A DNA stretch of 64,000 nucleotides from Lama glama (GCA_028534125.1 CM052816.1:57352001-57416000), one strand, 5' to 3'; shown: positions 37,516 through 52,737, counted from the stretch's first letter. The notes: generated by a model not told the origin, from the letters alone. Numbers and translations: made by a program.

Positions 37516-40500
37516 AACATAGTCAAGCAGTGATTAACATTCACATCTATTATGTCACATCATACAAATGTAAATACAAAATTACTACAGTACAATATAT
37601 ATTCTCTGCATGATCCAAAATATTTGGTGGCCCCAAAAAACTCTCTTTAAAATTCAGCAGCTTATCAAAAATTAAAACCGTATTCTATTTAAAATGAAGA
37701 TCTGTTAGCACAGAGTTTGACTTCAAGAAATATCAATTTAGTACAGTTTGAGAAGTTGCAGGAGGATATGTTTGAAGGACACATTCTAACATAGTGTGGC
37801 AGGTACAGGAAACATCAGATTTAAAGCTTTTAAAGCATAACTCATACAACCTAAGTTGTCAGCAGAAAGATCCAGTTATTTATAACTAAAGCTAAAACTA
37901 CTAAATTATTGCACCCAATATTAACATGAATATTAAGTGTAAAACTGTTTTATAATATGAAGTGAAGTCATTAGCCATGTTTAAACATCTCTTCTCACAG
38001 ATGATAATCTATTAAGTAAAATTAATTATACAGTATTGTCTTATTATTATCTCCATAAAATTCATCCAATCTTAATTTGGTTCTACACCCACAGAGGAAA
38101 AACAGCAATGAAGCAATGTGGGATAAGTACAGCGGAACCCCTTTACAAGGCTGGTATCAGGAGGGAACCAACACTGCCTTATAGGCTAACCGTGTTATAT
38201 GGTGAGCTTTTAAGAAGATATTTAGACTTGCAAAACAGCTAATTCTGCATAATACCAAGCCATAGTATAAGGGGATTCTATGGTAGGTGAACACAAATTG
38301 TAACTAAAGGGAAAATACTATTTTCTTAGTGATATTGGCAAATAGATTTGGTTTGGTTTTAAAATGTACAAGAGGTGAAAAAAATCACTATTTTAACTTC
38401 CCTCAAAATCATGCATACACTTAAAAAAAAACAATACATTCTGGGATACAAATCACAATAAACAGTTGCTATAATTTAAATGTATACCTTAAAATTAATA
38501 AGTATAATAATTAGGCATAAAGATAAAGAATTCTCTACATATAATACCAATGGGGGAAGATCTACATAAGACTGAAAAATTAGTCACAAGTCATCTGGAA
38601 AGTGTACAAGTGAATGAAACTTTCATGTAAAATTAATTATTAAGAGGCATTAGAAATATCTCCATATTTAATACAGTATTATTATGTACTAAGTAGGTAT
38701 ACAATTCTCTTGCATGGTATTACTAGATAATATTGTTACACAGCTCTTCATTGATCTGACTTTTCATCTAGATTATTTTAGGCCCTTAATCTGAAAACCA
38801 CAGTTTTCCTCAAGATTTCAATGCCTACACTTCAGTAACAGTACTAGTAGCAACAGTTAGTGTTTTCCCCCTTGTATTATTTGCAAAAATAATTCAATAA
38901 GCAAAGCTGTATGAAGTTTAAAGTACTACTAAAGGAAAGATTTAAATTGCAGTTATGCACGTACACTCTTCTCCCGGGAAGAATGTTTTTGCACCGTTAT
39001 CTGTTAATACATTCAATATGAATAATATAGATTAAGTATATGAAGCAAAAAAAACCCCACTTTTTTCTTTATGGCAAAGTATTTAAGTTAAATTTAGACT
39101 AAAGGGTTTAAGACATAATTAGTTTTAATTCTGGCAGTTCAGCTATGCAGGGTAATTTAATATAGGACAGAAAATTTTCCACTTTCCTATCTTAAGGGTT
39201 CAGAGAAAAGGAGAACCAAACTGAATTTCGCTTTCAAGGTAAACCTGCATGCCAAGGGCTTGCCAGGAAGGATTTGTATCACTATAATCTGCAAGAATAA
39301 GGACTGGAAAATCAGACTAAATGGGAAAATTCTCCATGAAATACACTAAAAAAAACCAAATATTAAGTATAATGACCCTTTATAAGCATATGTCACCAAA
39401 GCAAGAAGGATACAAGAGTATTCACCTGAGATAAAACTTGTATCTGAATATTTTATAACTGAGTAGACAAAGCATTTCAATAGAGGAAAGTCAGTTGAAA
39501 TTATTTTAAAATATACATCTGATCCTATTTTACAATATATGCAATTTAAGCAATTCAGATCAATGAAAAAGTCTTAACAAAAAAAAATCACAGTGTTTAT
39601 CAATATGTTAATTACAAAATGTATGCTACTTATTTTGTCTTTAAGATGTAATGGCTTGGTTAAGTCTTTCAAAATCTATTCTTCTGAAATCTAACGCGTC
39701 ACAAAATCAAGTAGCAATAATGTAAAGCATCAGAACTGGCTCTGAAAGATTATTTACATGTTGATTATTTGGAAAATAACCAACCAAAAAATATAAAAAA
39801 GTGATTTTTTTTACAGAGTATGAAGTTATTAAAGAGATTAGACAATACAAAAAGCAAAACTCTTTCCTGAATAAATGAATATCTGTGGCACTAAGTTCAT
39901 TTACTAATGGACTGTAACATGAAACTGCCAAACATGCATTTAAATTATATTAAATACACTTTCTGTTTCCAACTTAGGTTGATCAGCAGCTTTTGTTCTG
40001 TTAGAATCCTTCAAAGAGAGAAGCTCAAACAGGAAAAAGAAGGCATATATAAAACAGTAAACACTGACCTCCTGAGGTTCCTACAACAAAAATATTCAAG
40101 TAGAAAATCTACATCACTTAGCAGCGGCTATTTCTGTAGTTGAGCACACTAACAGCACTTTAGTGTGTAAGGAGCAGATGAAGTAAGCCGTGCTTTAAGC
40201 ATGCCAAGAGGCAGAAACACTGGAATGTAACAAAGACAAACTCACAACTTCATAGACATTCAGTCAACATTCAAAACTATTAAGACTACATCACAAGAAT
40301 TAAGTTGCTTTATATATATATCCCATGATGTATTAAGTTTTATCAGAACAGTAAATGCTAAATCGGAGCTTACCTCAAAAGATAACTTAAATGGCTTCTG
40401 CAAATTCCTACGCTGTACTATGTAACTGAAATATAATTAGGAAGAAACAATAACCTCAAGGTGGGGAAAAACCCAAAAAATCCAACCTGATCTCAGGTTA

Positions 40501-41063
40501 TCAGTCATACTTACTTACTCTAATTTTGTATCTTTAAGTTTTAATTTAAAAACATGTTAAGCGACTACAAAAAAGTGTACATTCTTAATTTACATATCTG
40601 CCTAACTGGAAATCAATTTTTCAGTCCAAGAGGTTAACAATAAAGCTTTTCAGTCAATACAGATTTGTCAATCACAGGTCCAGATAGCTTTATTTAAGGT
40701 TGTTTTTATATGTTCGTTTTAAAGTGTTCCGAAGAATTTTGCCATTTCTTTCGATTTAAAATGTTTACTACCTATTCCAAAATATTAAAATATCTCCCAT
40801 ATTAAATTCTAAAAAGTTTTGAAAACTACAGAGCATCACTAGAAGTTAAGGATAAAATAGCTACCTAATCAGGTTTTAAAGACTAACTAGGAAGCAAATT
40901 TGAGCTTCCAGTGAGGCAATGATACTGGAAAGCAAAATGCTATATACCTTTTGGATCCAACTTATAATTAAAAAAAAAGGGCATTATAAAATACGATCTA
41001 ATTTCAGGCTCTACAGACTGAAATTTGCAAAGCCAAAGTAGAGGAAAGAAGGTGAAAGAACAT

Positions 41064-41083
41064 GTTAAAAAAAAAAAAAACAA

Positions 41084-41114
<31 letters not shown>
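41064..41114. repeat. Poly-A run plus (CA)n microsatellite in the TNPO1 3'UTR
   Basis: Directly visible; reads (GU)n/U-rich in the mRNA. Confidence 0.95.
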
Positions 41115-41116
<2 letters not shown>

Positions 41117-44100
41117 CAAAAACCTTTCTGCATGCTACCATGCATTTGAAATTTTTTGAAACGGTATTTATAAATTCACACGCATACAGCTCAAACTTCA
41201 GTGCAATGGCTGTATCATTCAACACCTTTAGAAGAATAGAACCATGCAAAGAGGAGCAACTACTTATAAAAATGGTTATTCAGTATTTATTCTGCAATGC
41301 AAAGGTGACAAACTAAAATATAAAAAGGTTGTTATGGCTTAACATTTCTGTTGCAGATTAAATATGCAGCATTGAAAAATGGAAAGGTGTGGCTTCATCT
41401 CTGACCAGCAGAGTTAAAAAGAAAAATCTCTCCATTTTCCTTCATCATCATGGGATACACTGTTCAGGCAATCCAAATTAATAAAGACTTGCACTTTCAT
41501 ATGGACACAAGATCAAGTGTACCAGTTAGGTTTTCACATTCACAGTATATAAGAAAATACACATGGAAGGAAAAGTAAAGGGTTAACTTAACAAGGATTT
41601 ATTCACAGGAATACATGTAAGTAGAGAAAAATAACAGAAAAGCTAAACAAATGAAATGAAGAGGATCCAAACCAACTTTCACTCTGTAGCTTTTTACTTG
41701 CACCCTGTGTGCATATATCTAGGGCACAGAGGGCCACCAACATGCGCCAATACAGTGTAGGAACCCTGCATTACATCCATTAACTTAAACATATCTTTAA
41801 GATCATGCTTTGAACAAAAAAAGAAAGCTTAGAAGGCAATATGTTGAGTGGGAATAAACATTGAAATATAGCAATCATGTTGTCAACTTCTACAATTGTC
41901 CTTATGTGCCAACTAACATTTATGCAGCCTCTTACAGATCTTTTACCATGTAATTTAAGTTTTAGAAGTTTTGATAAAATCACTAGTAGTATATAACCAT
42001 GCAGAAAGCACATCACACTGACAGCACAGAGGCAAAGATTTTGCACAGGTATATCAGCTTTCCACATTGTGCAGGTTACACACAATACAATATCAATCTT
42101 ATTCCTAACAGATCCTAAAAAGATATTTCAAGGCCTAGCTGTAAACTACAGTACTTTATATCTATATTCTTAATGAAAATAAAATTCACAAATCTTAAAA
42201 AGGAATTTTAAATGCAGGGCTATATTGAATTGGTAAACTGCAACACAAACTGGCGCAACAGAGGTAACTGAATACCAATCTCACTCTATGTGATGCAAGC
42301 ATGCTACTTCCCCACTAATTTAAAGTACTTTCAATCACTATGAGCCAGAATGCATGCCCGAACCTTAAACTGCACTTTAAAAATAATGTCTTGGCCTAGA
42401 AATTAAGTCTAATGAAGTACAACCATCAAATTATATCCACTACATTGATGTTTTAATGCGAAACCAAGATGTCAATCTTTAGTCTGATATGCCCAACCCC
42501 ATTTATCCCGCCCGCCCTGCCCACCCCATAAAGGTGAAAGGAGTGACTCATTTGGCATTTCACAGGGTGCTTCATTGTTTAAATTTGTTGTTTTATTTCC
42601 AACTTTTTGGGGTACCTTAAATTGTAACTTCCAAGAACCTGCTTCTACTATGGGTAGGCAAGCTGATTTTAACTCTATTAGCTTCATTTGTGTAGTTCTT
42701 CGTCAGCATGCAAAAACAAGGCCCCACTATGTGGGAAATTTTATAAAAACCTTTAAATAAAAAAAAAAACTTTACTGTTTTGTAACCCCCCATTCTTAGG
42801 TTTCCTTTATTGTGCGCTATATAATTCTTACTCTTTCTTATCCCTATGCATCATTTATATGGTTCTTGTTTTGGTACGATTCCCCATAATATTCCAGAAT
42901 GTACTGCTTAGTGAGTAGATCGAATAGTTTTTTTGTTTCTTCTCATCCAGTGCGGAGTTGTAATTGGAGACAGATTTCCACCCACAAAGGCTCCAGATGT
43001 TAAAACGTTTCCCAACATCGACTTAATACAGTGACGGCAACACCTCCCTCCCGCCCCTCCCAGTAGGGTTGGGATTGTACTGTATTCCCTACTGGTTTAC
43101 CCTTCCCCCCTGTAAAGGGTAACATTTTCCCTGGGTGCAGAGGCTCCCTCATAGTCTCCAAGACTGAAGGACCTGTAAGAAAGCAAAACAAAATAATTTT
43201 ATAACTTAAAAAAACTTTTTCTTTTAAAGCCAGTGGAACACAAAATTAAGTAACAATGATACCTCTACCTAAAGAAAATGAGAAATTGGATAAATTGTCT
43301 AAGATCATGCTAATGAGAACCACATTGCTTCCTTCTCCTGTGGCTCTCAACGTCACCTGCATCAGATGTGAAAAGTGACTCCAAGCTGGGGACATGCATA
43401 GAGAGGTGTGTAGCACATTACACAGATGAAATACACTTCGTAAGATGCCATCAATCTAATTCTTTATCCCCTTCTGCACAATGGGTTCCAATGGGAGCTG
43501 GTTATTTCTTACACAACAAGTTGCCCTACTACCTTCAAAATTAAGTAGCACTTTATTTAGGACAATCACTTTCCTTAGTGAGAATTAAAATATTCTTTCC
43601 CCCCAATATTAAGCCAAAAAAAAAAAAGCATGACAGTTTTGGTTGTTTTGTCTGATGTTTTGGTTTAGGAAGTATTAACAGTGTTCATACTGCACCAAGG
43701 TCACTATATTCAGCAAATACCAAAAAGTAAATTTTAACCCCTGTTTTCTTGATGTTTCTAATAACAATTCTTCCAACCTTATTTCACTCAAGTCATTTCC
43801 TAAACCCCAGGCCTCTTGATTTTTCTGATAAAGACATTTTCAATGCTAGTCCAGTTTTAATCTTTCAGCCCTTGAAGCCAAAAGTCAATTCTCATGTGAA
43901 TCAAGCACTTTTCTAAAATACTAAACCCACAAGACACAAATATGGGCTCAAGATCACCATGGGACAACATACACAAAGGGGTCTGAGACATTCCAGAGGC
44001 TGCAAAATCCGTTTCTACTACCCTCTGAGATTAGTCAATTTAGATGTTGCAATCTTTCCAAGTTTAAAATCTAGTTCAGAGTAAACAAACAAGTATGCAA

Positions 44101-45016
44101 ACAAAAACTCCAACATAAAAGGCCATTCAAATAAGCGTTATGTCTTCTGGACATACACTGAGTACACTCTCTGGCTCTCCAGTTGAACAGGTCTCAGCTC
44201 ACATTCAAAAGCTAAAGTTCTGGATGACTATACAAACCCATATTCCTAACATTTATTCAGCCAACTTAAGGGTCTAAGGCAACATACTAAGTTCTGGCAT
44301 CACATACAGCTTAGTATTCAATCCTCATAATAACCACGGAACTAAACTAAGGCTAAGAGACCAGAATTGTTAGTTTGACCAACAAGTCAGAAAAACTGGA
44401 ACAAGAGTCCAAGTGGACTTATTCCACTACCACCCCAAATCAAAACAGAATCTCCCACTGATGATTTTAAAACACAGTGCTGGGTACAAGGTAGGTGTGC
44501 TCAATGAAATGTGACGAATAAATAATAAACTCATATTTACTAAGCCCAAATCTAGTTCTAATTCAACCTGGTTTTCTCTAAAGCTCCCAACATAGAAAAG
44601 TCCTTGATATGTTAAGAGATGACAGACTCATGCTTTAAAACGAAATCATCTCTAACCTGCCACAGTGAATGCTGGTGACCTTTTTTATAGGGCAGAAGTT
44701 GAAAAAAGGAATAGCTGAAGAAATGCTGATAATCTAACTAGCATATTAACTTGGATTTCTTTCTCCCTAGGATTCAAAGTGGAATCATGCATTTTATCTT
44801 GCTTGCTAGTTCTCTTAAAGTCTCTAGCCTTCACGTAAGTAATTCTAAGGTCCAATATAACATGAGACTTGTTTACCTTAACTTCTGTGGAGAACAAATA
44901 GCTTCTATTCTATTCAGTAATTTTATATTTAAGTCCTAAGTTTCTTTATGCTGAAAAATTCCAAATTTCTTAACAACTTACCCCTAATTATGGGACTGCA
45001 GCTTAAGTGTATGAGA

Positions 45017-45124
45017 TTAAACACCATAAAAAGCTGCAAGACGCTCTTTTAAGGGAAGCGGAAACTGGTCAGAGAAACGCCTCCAATTTTCATCCCCAAC
45101 TTGATTTTTAAATCCATGAAGGAT
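45017..45124 (-). CDS. TNPO1: Transportin-1 last coding exon (ILHGFKNQ...RLAAFYGV*); exon extends as UTR to 44982
   Basis: 35 codons plus TAA (45017-45019); AG acceptor at 45125-45126; donor GTAAG at 44981. Confidence 0.97.
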
Positions 45125-45945
45125 CTACAAAGAGTAAAAAAAAAAAATCATTAATTTATCAATAGCAAAAGAGACTCTCGTATCTGCAAAGCTTCTGAAA
45201 TCAAACCTTATTGATTTTAACACATTTTAAAGTAGTTATTCTCAAACTTTGTTGAATTCTACACCATTCCATGTCTTGCCTAAAAGCACCTCATAGAATA
45301 TGCTAAACTTTGCTTTGAGAAATTTAGAATTCAGCAAGTGTCCTAGTAACAGGTCTATTCTAAGCAATCTCTAACATACTACTAATGGAAAACAAAGCAA
45401 AAATTACAGAATTCACCCAAGGGATGAAATTTTTATGCCATATTTAATTTATTCAAATTGAAAATATACAAAGCTTTGGGTTCATGGTTGCAACTATAGT
45501 TCACTAATTTTAATATTAAATAATTCAAATGTGTAACAGCGTTTTATTTATTTTGTTATAGTTGAGTGCTGACAGGAGCAAATCAAAAGGAGGCATCACT
45601 AAAAAACACACAGATTTAATCTCTGTTGTGACCACTTATATTTACTTAGTTCAACAGATTATATTATACTCCAAATCTCAGCCAGTCGTGTTTCAAAATA
45701 TATGCTATTTTGCATTGGGATAATGGGACTACATGAATCAGTCATAGTGCTTCAGAAAATATTTTTAAAGTACATGCTCTACTGTACTTTAAGAAAAGAT
45801 CAATTCAACTTCTTTACCAAGAACAAAAGTTATATAGTCTACCAATACTGATGAAGAGTCTAAGTTTCCTACGAAATATAATTTAAACTTTCCAGCTAGG
45901 ACTGTAACAGTCACAAGATGTGAATAATGAAGACTTTTTAGTTAC

Positions 45946-46020
45946 CTTACAGAACATGTCTCTCAGATCATCTTTTGGATTAATCCATGATGCAACAGCA
46001 TCACAAAAAAATATAAAATC
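45946..46020 (-). CDS. TNPO1: Transportin-1 exon ([25 protein letters not shown])
   Basis: 75 nt, AG/GT bounded, phase 0-0. Confidence 0.97.
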
Positions 46021-48528
46021 CTGTAACAAGCAAGAAATACATTTTAGGTTGGTATTATATTTGTCAAACACAATAAAAGATACATGAATATGTATCAACA
46101 GAATATTTGGTAAAAAATTTTTTTTAATCAGCTACAAAGAATTATATGTGATTTCTTAATGGTTGTCTCTATTACTCCAGCAAAGAACCACTACTCATTC
46201 AGTTTATATTGGAACTTACTGCCCTCTAGTATTTCATTTCACATTACAAAACAAAACCCCAGTCTAGAAAACATTTAGCATCAGCAAGGGCTGAAAGCAC
46301 CAAATAAGCACCAATTTAAAAAAAACCTTCATTTAGAAAATTACATAAATTCAGTAATTTTACAGTTGACTACCCTAGAAATAATTTAAAGCTATTTAAG
46401 TATATGCCAAACAACCTTGATTTAAAGACTAGGAATTAATGTCTAAATTTCAAGATCCATCTTTAGATAGAAACTTAAATGAAATGTTCATAAGTTAGAA
46501 GAAAAATTATGTAGTTACAAATAACACCTAGCTCAACCCAACTCAAAAGAAAAACCGAAACACCCAACGCTCAGACCATTACCTAAAAATAAACAGGTTA
46601 TTCTGACTAAAAGAACAAGGTGACAATAGGTATATGCTTGAAATATTTAAGTATTTTCTAATCTTGACTATCACACTGAAGCAACAGTTCAACATACAAT
46701 ATATCGCTTATGTTGTGACAACCTTCAATCTCACTATTAAATTCAGAGAACCTCTAATCACAAAATTTACTAATATGAAAGTATGTGCTAAAACACACTG
46801 AAACAGATAAAATGCCTGTGCCCAAAGTTTACGATTTACTCAAATAAGATTCCTTATGTCTTCCAAATACCAAAGTCCAATGCTAAAAATTTAAACATCA
46901 AAAATAAACCTTAAGACATTTCTTTAACTGTATCCAAATAAAGTATGTAAAAAGTAGAAACTACTACTAACTCTTTTTTTTTTTTGGCTTGTCTTTAATT
47001 TTCTTAGACAGAACCTTTATGCTTTTAAAAGTAGAATCAATTGGAAGTCAACAGTGTAGGGAAATATTTCCCAATACTTTTCTTGTAAACTCAAATTCTT
47101 ACTTGGGGTAAAGCAGGCTTTTACTGTTCACAAAGTTACTTATGAATTGCAAAAAAAAAAAAAAAATTCTCCCTGCAATCCCCCATTCAATCTGGGCTGC
47201 TATAATCCAACAGAAAGTGGGAGGACACTTTCTTCTTGCATTCATAGTGGAAACCTAAGCAGCAGTAACTGCTTCAGGCCTGTCAAAGAGATGCATTTCT
47301 ACCAACTCTTAAGTTGGTAGTGATTTCCTGAGCAACACACGTTACTTTCAATGCTTAAATGTCAATTCAAAAGGGGAAAAAAATGTATTGAAAAAAAAAA
47401 TTCCTGTAGGAAAAGGCACCTTCTTAATACAGTACATCATATCAGATACCTCCAAAACATATTTAAGGTGACACAAAATTCTTAAATATTGGAAAAATCC
47501 CAGAAACTCAATGCTAGGAGGTTATTTTGCTACTACGGACCATCTTTTAAGATAGCACTGGCTTGTTTTAATAGTAAGTTATTAATGTTTTACAAATGCG
47601 AAATTAGCCAAAATGAGCCAATTGGTAAGTTTTCAATGCCTATCACCTACCTCAACTTGAATTTTATAAGCCAGTGATTCACAGTTTCTAAACCTGAGTT
47701 AACATACAGCACAGGAGTTTGCATAAGATAGGAAATATCAAAAGGTCTCAATTAAATAAATATTCGAAGTACCTATCTCTTGAAAGTGAAAGGTTTTCCT
47801 GAAACCATTCCCACACTTTCTTTTCCTTACAATTTATCTTTTGAGGACCCTGGGGCATTTAACCTAGAGCCCCACAGCCTGCATTCTGTTGGTTTTATAC
47901 ACATGGTGCCAATCAACACATTCCTTTGTTTTATGTCAGCTGGATCCAGAGGTTTGATCAGATTCATGTTTGACACTGCTGCCAAATAATTTTTTTTAAA
48001 TGCCAAAGATGTCTAAATATAATATGAACTAGGACAGAAAACAAGACAAAGATGAATAAATCATAAGCTCTCAAAGTTAAAGCAGTTTCAACGGCTGATT
48101 CAATATTCTATTTTATTCACACTACTGAGTTTCTAATCTAAGTTTGATTCTAAGTTACAGACAGAATAATCTACTATTGGTCACTCTCTTAAATGGAGAG
48201 ATCCTCAAACTCAGTATATTGATATTCATGGATAGGAGACATTTACAAAGTAAATAAATGAGATTTGAATATGGATGAAAGAAGCTATGACTTAATTCAA
48301 GTCAAGAATATAATTTTCTCCTAATCTATTATTATATAAGAAAAAAAGATTTAGGAAATAAAAAATAGGCATTATCATTTCTAGATATTAGGATATATAC
48401 AACATTTGAAACATAGTTTGCTTTAGTATCCTAAGTGAATATTTTTATAATTATAGTTCTAAAATATTTCCTCCATTGATGTTTCATTATTCAGAATATT
48501 AAAAGTTAAATCCTTATGAACATCTTAC

Positions 48529-48628
48529 TTGGATTACTCCACTGGGATTCACACTGATCATGGTACAAATCCCACGAAATGCTGAATCCTTTTCCTCATT
48601 GTCCCTTATGTTTCTCAGAGAGGTGCAC
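48529..48628 (-). CDS. TNPO1: Transportin-1 exon ([33 protein letters not shown])
   Basis: 100 nt, AG/GT bounded, phase 2-0. Confidence 0.97.
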
Positions 48629-49487
48629 CTATTAAATCATAGAATTGAGTTTAGCATTTAAGTAAGAAGCACGTTCAACTACAATACTAATGGACAGTAT
48701 TTAATGGAATAAGCACCAGAGTAGAGATAATGTTTATATTCAAAGAATTTTCATAAAGCTTAAGTTTCTCACACTTCCTGTATTATGCTGGGCCCATTTA
48801 ATCTCAACATAGTAGAAATCATGAAATTCACAATTCTTACTAATAGACTGCATCTAAGTAATAATAATTGATTTTAATCTCCCATTTAAATCAATGAGCT
48901 TGAGCCAAGAATAAATTAACAATTTAAAAAACTGTATTATGACTTGTATTCCATTAAACACTACTAAAAAAAATGACTTGAATTGAAAGATTGTCAATTG
49001 AAAGCAGCAGAACATAGGATATACTGCCACAATAGAAACTATTAATATACAGCTTATGGTGTAGATGTTTAACTTTTACATTAACAAGCAAATAAGATTT
49101 TTATACATAACAAATTTAAACATGTATTTCTTAATGCAATCCAAGTTTTCAAATTAATTCTAAAAAGAAACATAATGCAAAAACCTCAATTTATAGAATT
49201 TGCATGCATCTTTATTTTACTGGTGGATATTTAAATGCTTTTTATGTATAATCAAGCTTTTTTAACACAGCAAGCATGTGACAATCTTATCCCATGCATC
49301 AATTAGTCGTTAGCCACAACATAAAATAAATATACATGACGATGCTACTGAAAAACCTCACAAACCTGATAGGACAAGATTAGTCACATGGTTGGCAATG
49401 ATTAAGGATTGTGATTTTTGTAACCAACTGAAAATATATCTAAAAGTGAGATAGAAATAGAAAGAAAGAGTGAAGAAAAATGAATTA

Positions 49488-49736
<249 letters not shown>

Positions 49737-52452
49737 TCACCAGTGCTGTTTATTACCACCCCCTATAATAAGGGGCAGCAACATATATGGCATACTCTTG
49801 GAAAAAGAAAAACAAAAGGAATTAAAAAAACTTCAAAGATTGAGAGAACACCAAAAACCATGATGAACTGCTTATCTCGCTCAATCAAGTGTCAAAACAT
49901 TTTTAATAAAAAGATGAGCGATTAAACAGACGGACTTAGATTCTTCCTTCAAAGCCAGTTGAAATTTCAGAGTTTAATAATGAAATCTGTTTTCCCCCAA
50001 AGAAACATTAGTAAATGTGAATGATTACATTTCTGAATTGTCTATTCAAACACACTTCTCAGAAATTAAACAGTTAAAATCTTTCTCACTTTTCATCTCT
50101 TTTTATAAGTGATTTACGTTCTTTGAAAGTTATTTAGGAATTTAATCCAAATTTTGGTATATATATTTTTGTTTGCTAACATTTCCAAAAGAAGCCAGTG
50201 GACCATTTGTCGCCTGATATCAAAATCAACTATCAAATTTTAGGTGTTGTGGTACATACGGAATAAATGGATTGGAAAATTGCTGTGCTATGTCAAATCC
50301 CATTCGAAAAAAACCTCTACTGGCAATGATAATGATAATAACTCAAACAGTCCACTAATTTAAAACCATATTTGACATAAAGGAAATCTACAGTCCACTG
50401 TAATGAGATGTGATTATGTGGACCAAAGCAACAAATAGTCTGTCCTTGCTTAAAAGGCACAGCACACCATAGATAATGGATCATAAAACATACTGATTAC
50501 ATGCTAATATTTTATGTTTTAAAAATTTGAAGTGGGAATTAATCAAACATATATTTACCATCAAAATCCTTAAACTTACAAAGAGCTAAAACAAGTGCCA
50601 CTCAGAACTGCATTCTGCAATTCAAAGGTACATACATATAAATACATTTATACACAACGGGAAAAAAAATACAAACAGAAAACAAACCATGAGGTGCTTT
50701 AATGGTGTTCTCTCAAAAACTTACAGGTTAACCTTTCATAAAAAAAGGGTGGGGGTAAAGAAAAATGTTTAAGGATTACTTGAAGCAAACTACACAGATA
50801 ATACTAAAATCCAGCAGATTCATATGAAGCAAGAGAAAGAAAACCTATGTTCAAAAGACACAAACTATGCAACATTCTCATTAAACAGGCAAGTATGAAC
50901 AATCCAATGAAACATGCGATAAAGCAGATGATGGTCCATTGAAAAAGTTCAGTGTAGGATATACTAATTAGAAAAAAAAGCAAATAACTGCATACACTAA
51001 GGAATTGGCTTTATGAAATAAGGTAATGGTAATTAAGTTGCTAAAATCTATGGATTATTAGTCATTGACACTAATTTTATTTTAATAATAATCTGCCCAA
51101 CTCTTTTGGGTAAGGAATAAGAGAAACATTTTCTGCAGCCACTTGTGACAAGAAAAATCCAGTGAATCCCAAGTATGTTTCTCAATCAATTCAATTCAAC
51201 AACTTGAAAGGCATTATCAACCACCTTTTGCTTTATTTAGGGTAGAATCATACTACGAATATAATCTTATAAATAAAGCCAATTTGTTCAAGGAACTGTA
51301 ATAAATTCAACTGATATCCCACAAGAAACTTTAATACACATTACACTCAACATTTATTTGCAGTTATGCATTCACATTTAAAAATAAATAGGAAGTTTCT
51401 TAAGGTTCAACAGTAATTTTATAATGGCAAGTGTTCCAAATCTGAATGTCATGTATAGGTACTGCATTCTAAACAGAAAAAAAAAACCTGACAAAATTTC
51501 ATAACCATCCTATACATAGATTTTTGTGCTTTTCAGCAAGAAAATCTAATTCATTTTATGATATAAACAGTACCCATACAGCCAAACAGCCATATAACTG
51601 TTTCATAATTAAAAGATATCCTTCCATACCAATAAACATACCAATTTAAATCACATTAGGATATAACACTTTCTATAATTAAAAATGTAAAATTAAAATG
51701 CCTTTGAAAATAAATTTTTACTTAGAAAACCTCATTTGAATCTTTGTCCAGTATTTTGGTGAGGCATTCATTGACTATGAACGTATTACTGGAATTATCT
51801 TCGCATATACAGAAAAAGACATATCTGATCAAAAACAAAATTTATATTTTGAAATCATTATTAGCAAAAATCAGGGAGGGTAGAAAGAAATCTCCCTGAA
51901 ATGTGTTCTATAGTATGGAAGGTATTCTTTAATACAAACATGCTCTCTATAAATGCAAAAGAGAAACAAGCTTCCTGAATAAAAATCCCACAAGATACTG
52001 CTTAAGTTCTCAATTTGAAGAAAAATATACAATGAAATACAAAATACATATGCCATTGTTAACAAACTAGCCACTACAGTGTAATCGATTTTCGGCCATA
52101 TTTTTACAGATTGGAAAAAAAAAAATCATTACTCCCCAGCTATGAGTTACTCTCTTAATTAATGTAAAAGTAAAATTCATATTGTTCAGCAGTTATTTTA
52201 TAGCTGGGTCAATTTCAGGGAGTATTAAAATACTGTTAATAGGGGAGAAAGTGTTTTTTTTTTTTTAAAGTTTCTTTAAACTGGCTACGTAATGAAGCTA
52301 AAACAGTATAACTCATTAATGAGAATCCAAAATAGCTGTTAATAAGCTGGGTTTCTAAAGCTAGCTTTGCTTTGGTTTCTCTACGCATCTTGACTTAAAA
52401 TTACAAGGCAAATAAATTTTCTTTTCACCGTAACAGTTCAGTCATATGGTAC

Positions 52453-52548
52453 CTGTATTCTCTAACAACGTCTTTGGTGTGTTGGGTCTGTTAATGATTT
52501 CTACAAGCTGGTGCAACACCATAGGAATATAAGGCTGCATCTCTATAC
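52453..52548 (-). CDS. TNPO1: Transportin-1 exon ([32 protein letters not shown])
   Basis: 96 nt, AG/GT bounded, phase 1-1. Confidence 0.97.
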
Positions 52549-52737
52549 CTAGATCATTACCAAAAGAGAAAACAAACAAAAAATCGGAATGTTAAAATAT
52601 CAACGTAAAATATTTTGCTCCCTTTATTAACTATGATGTTATATATTTATATACATAAAGCTCATTAAAAAAGGCAATTACAAAAATATTAAATCATCTA
52701 AAAATTTATACTTTTAAAAGGGGGAAAAAAATCTTAC

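Larger units (their letters stand above)
37490..43172 (-). other. TNPO1: TNPO1 terminal non-coding exon (3'UTR, ~5.7 kb)
   Basis: Acceptor TTTGCTTTCTTACAG|GTCCTTCAG at 43173; nearly repeat-free AU-rich stretch ending at AATAAA 37510-37515 with GU-rich sequence downstream. The 3' end is approximate. Confidence 0.8.
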
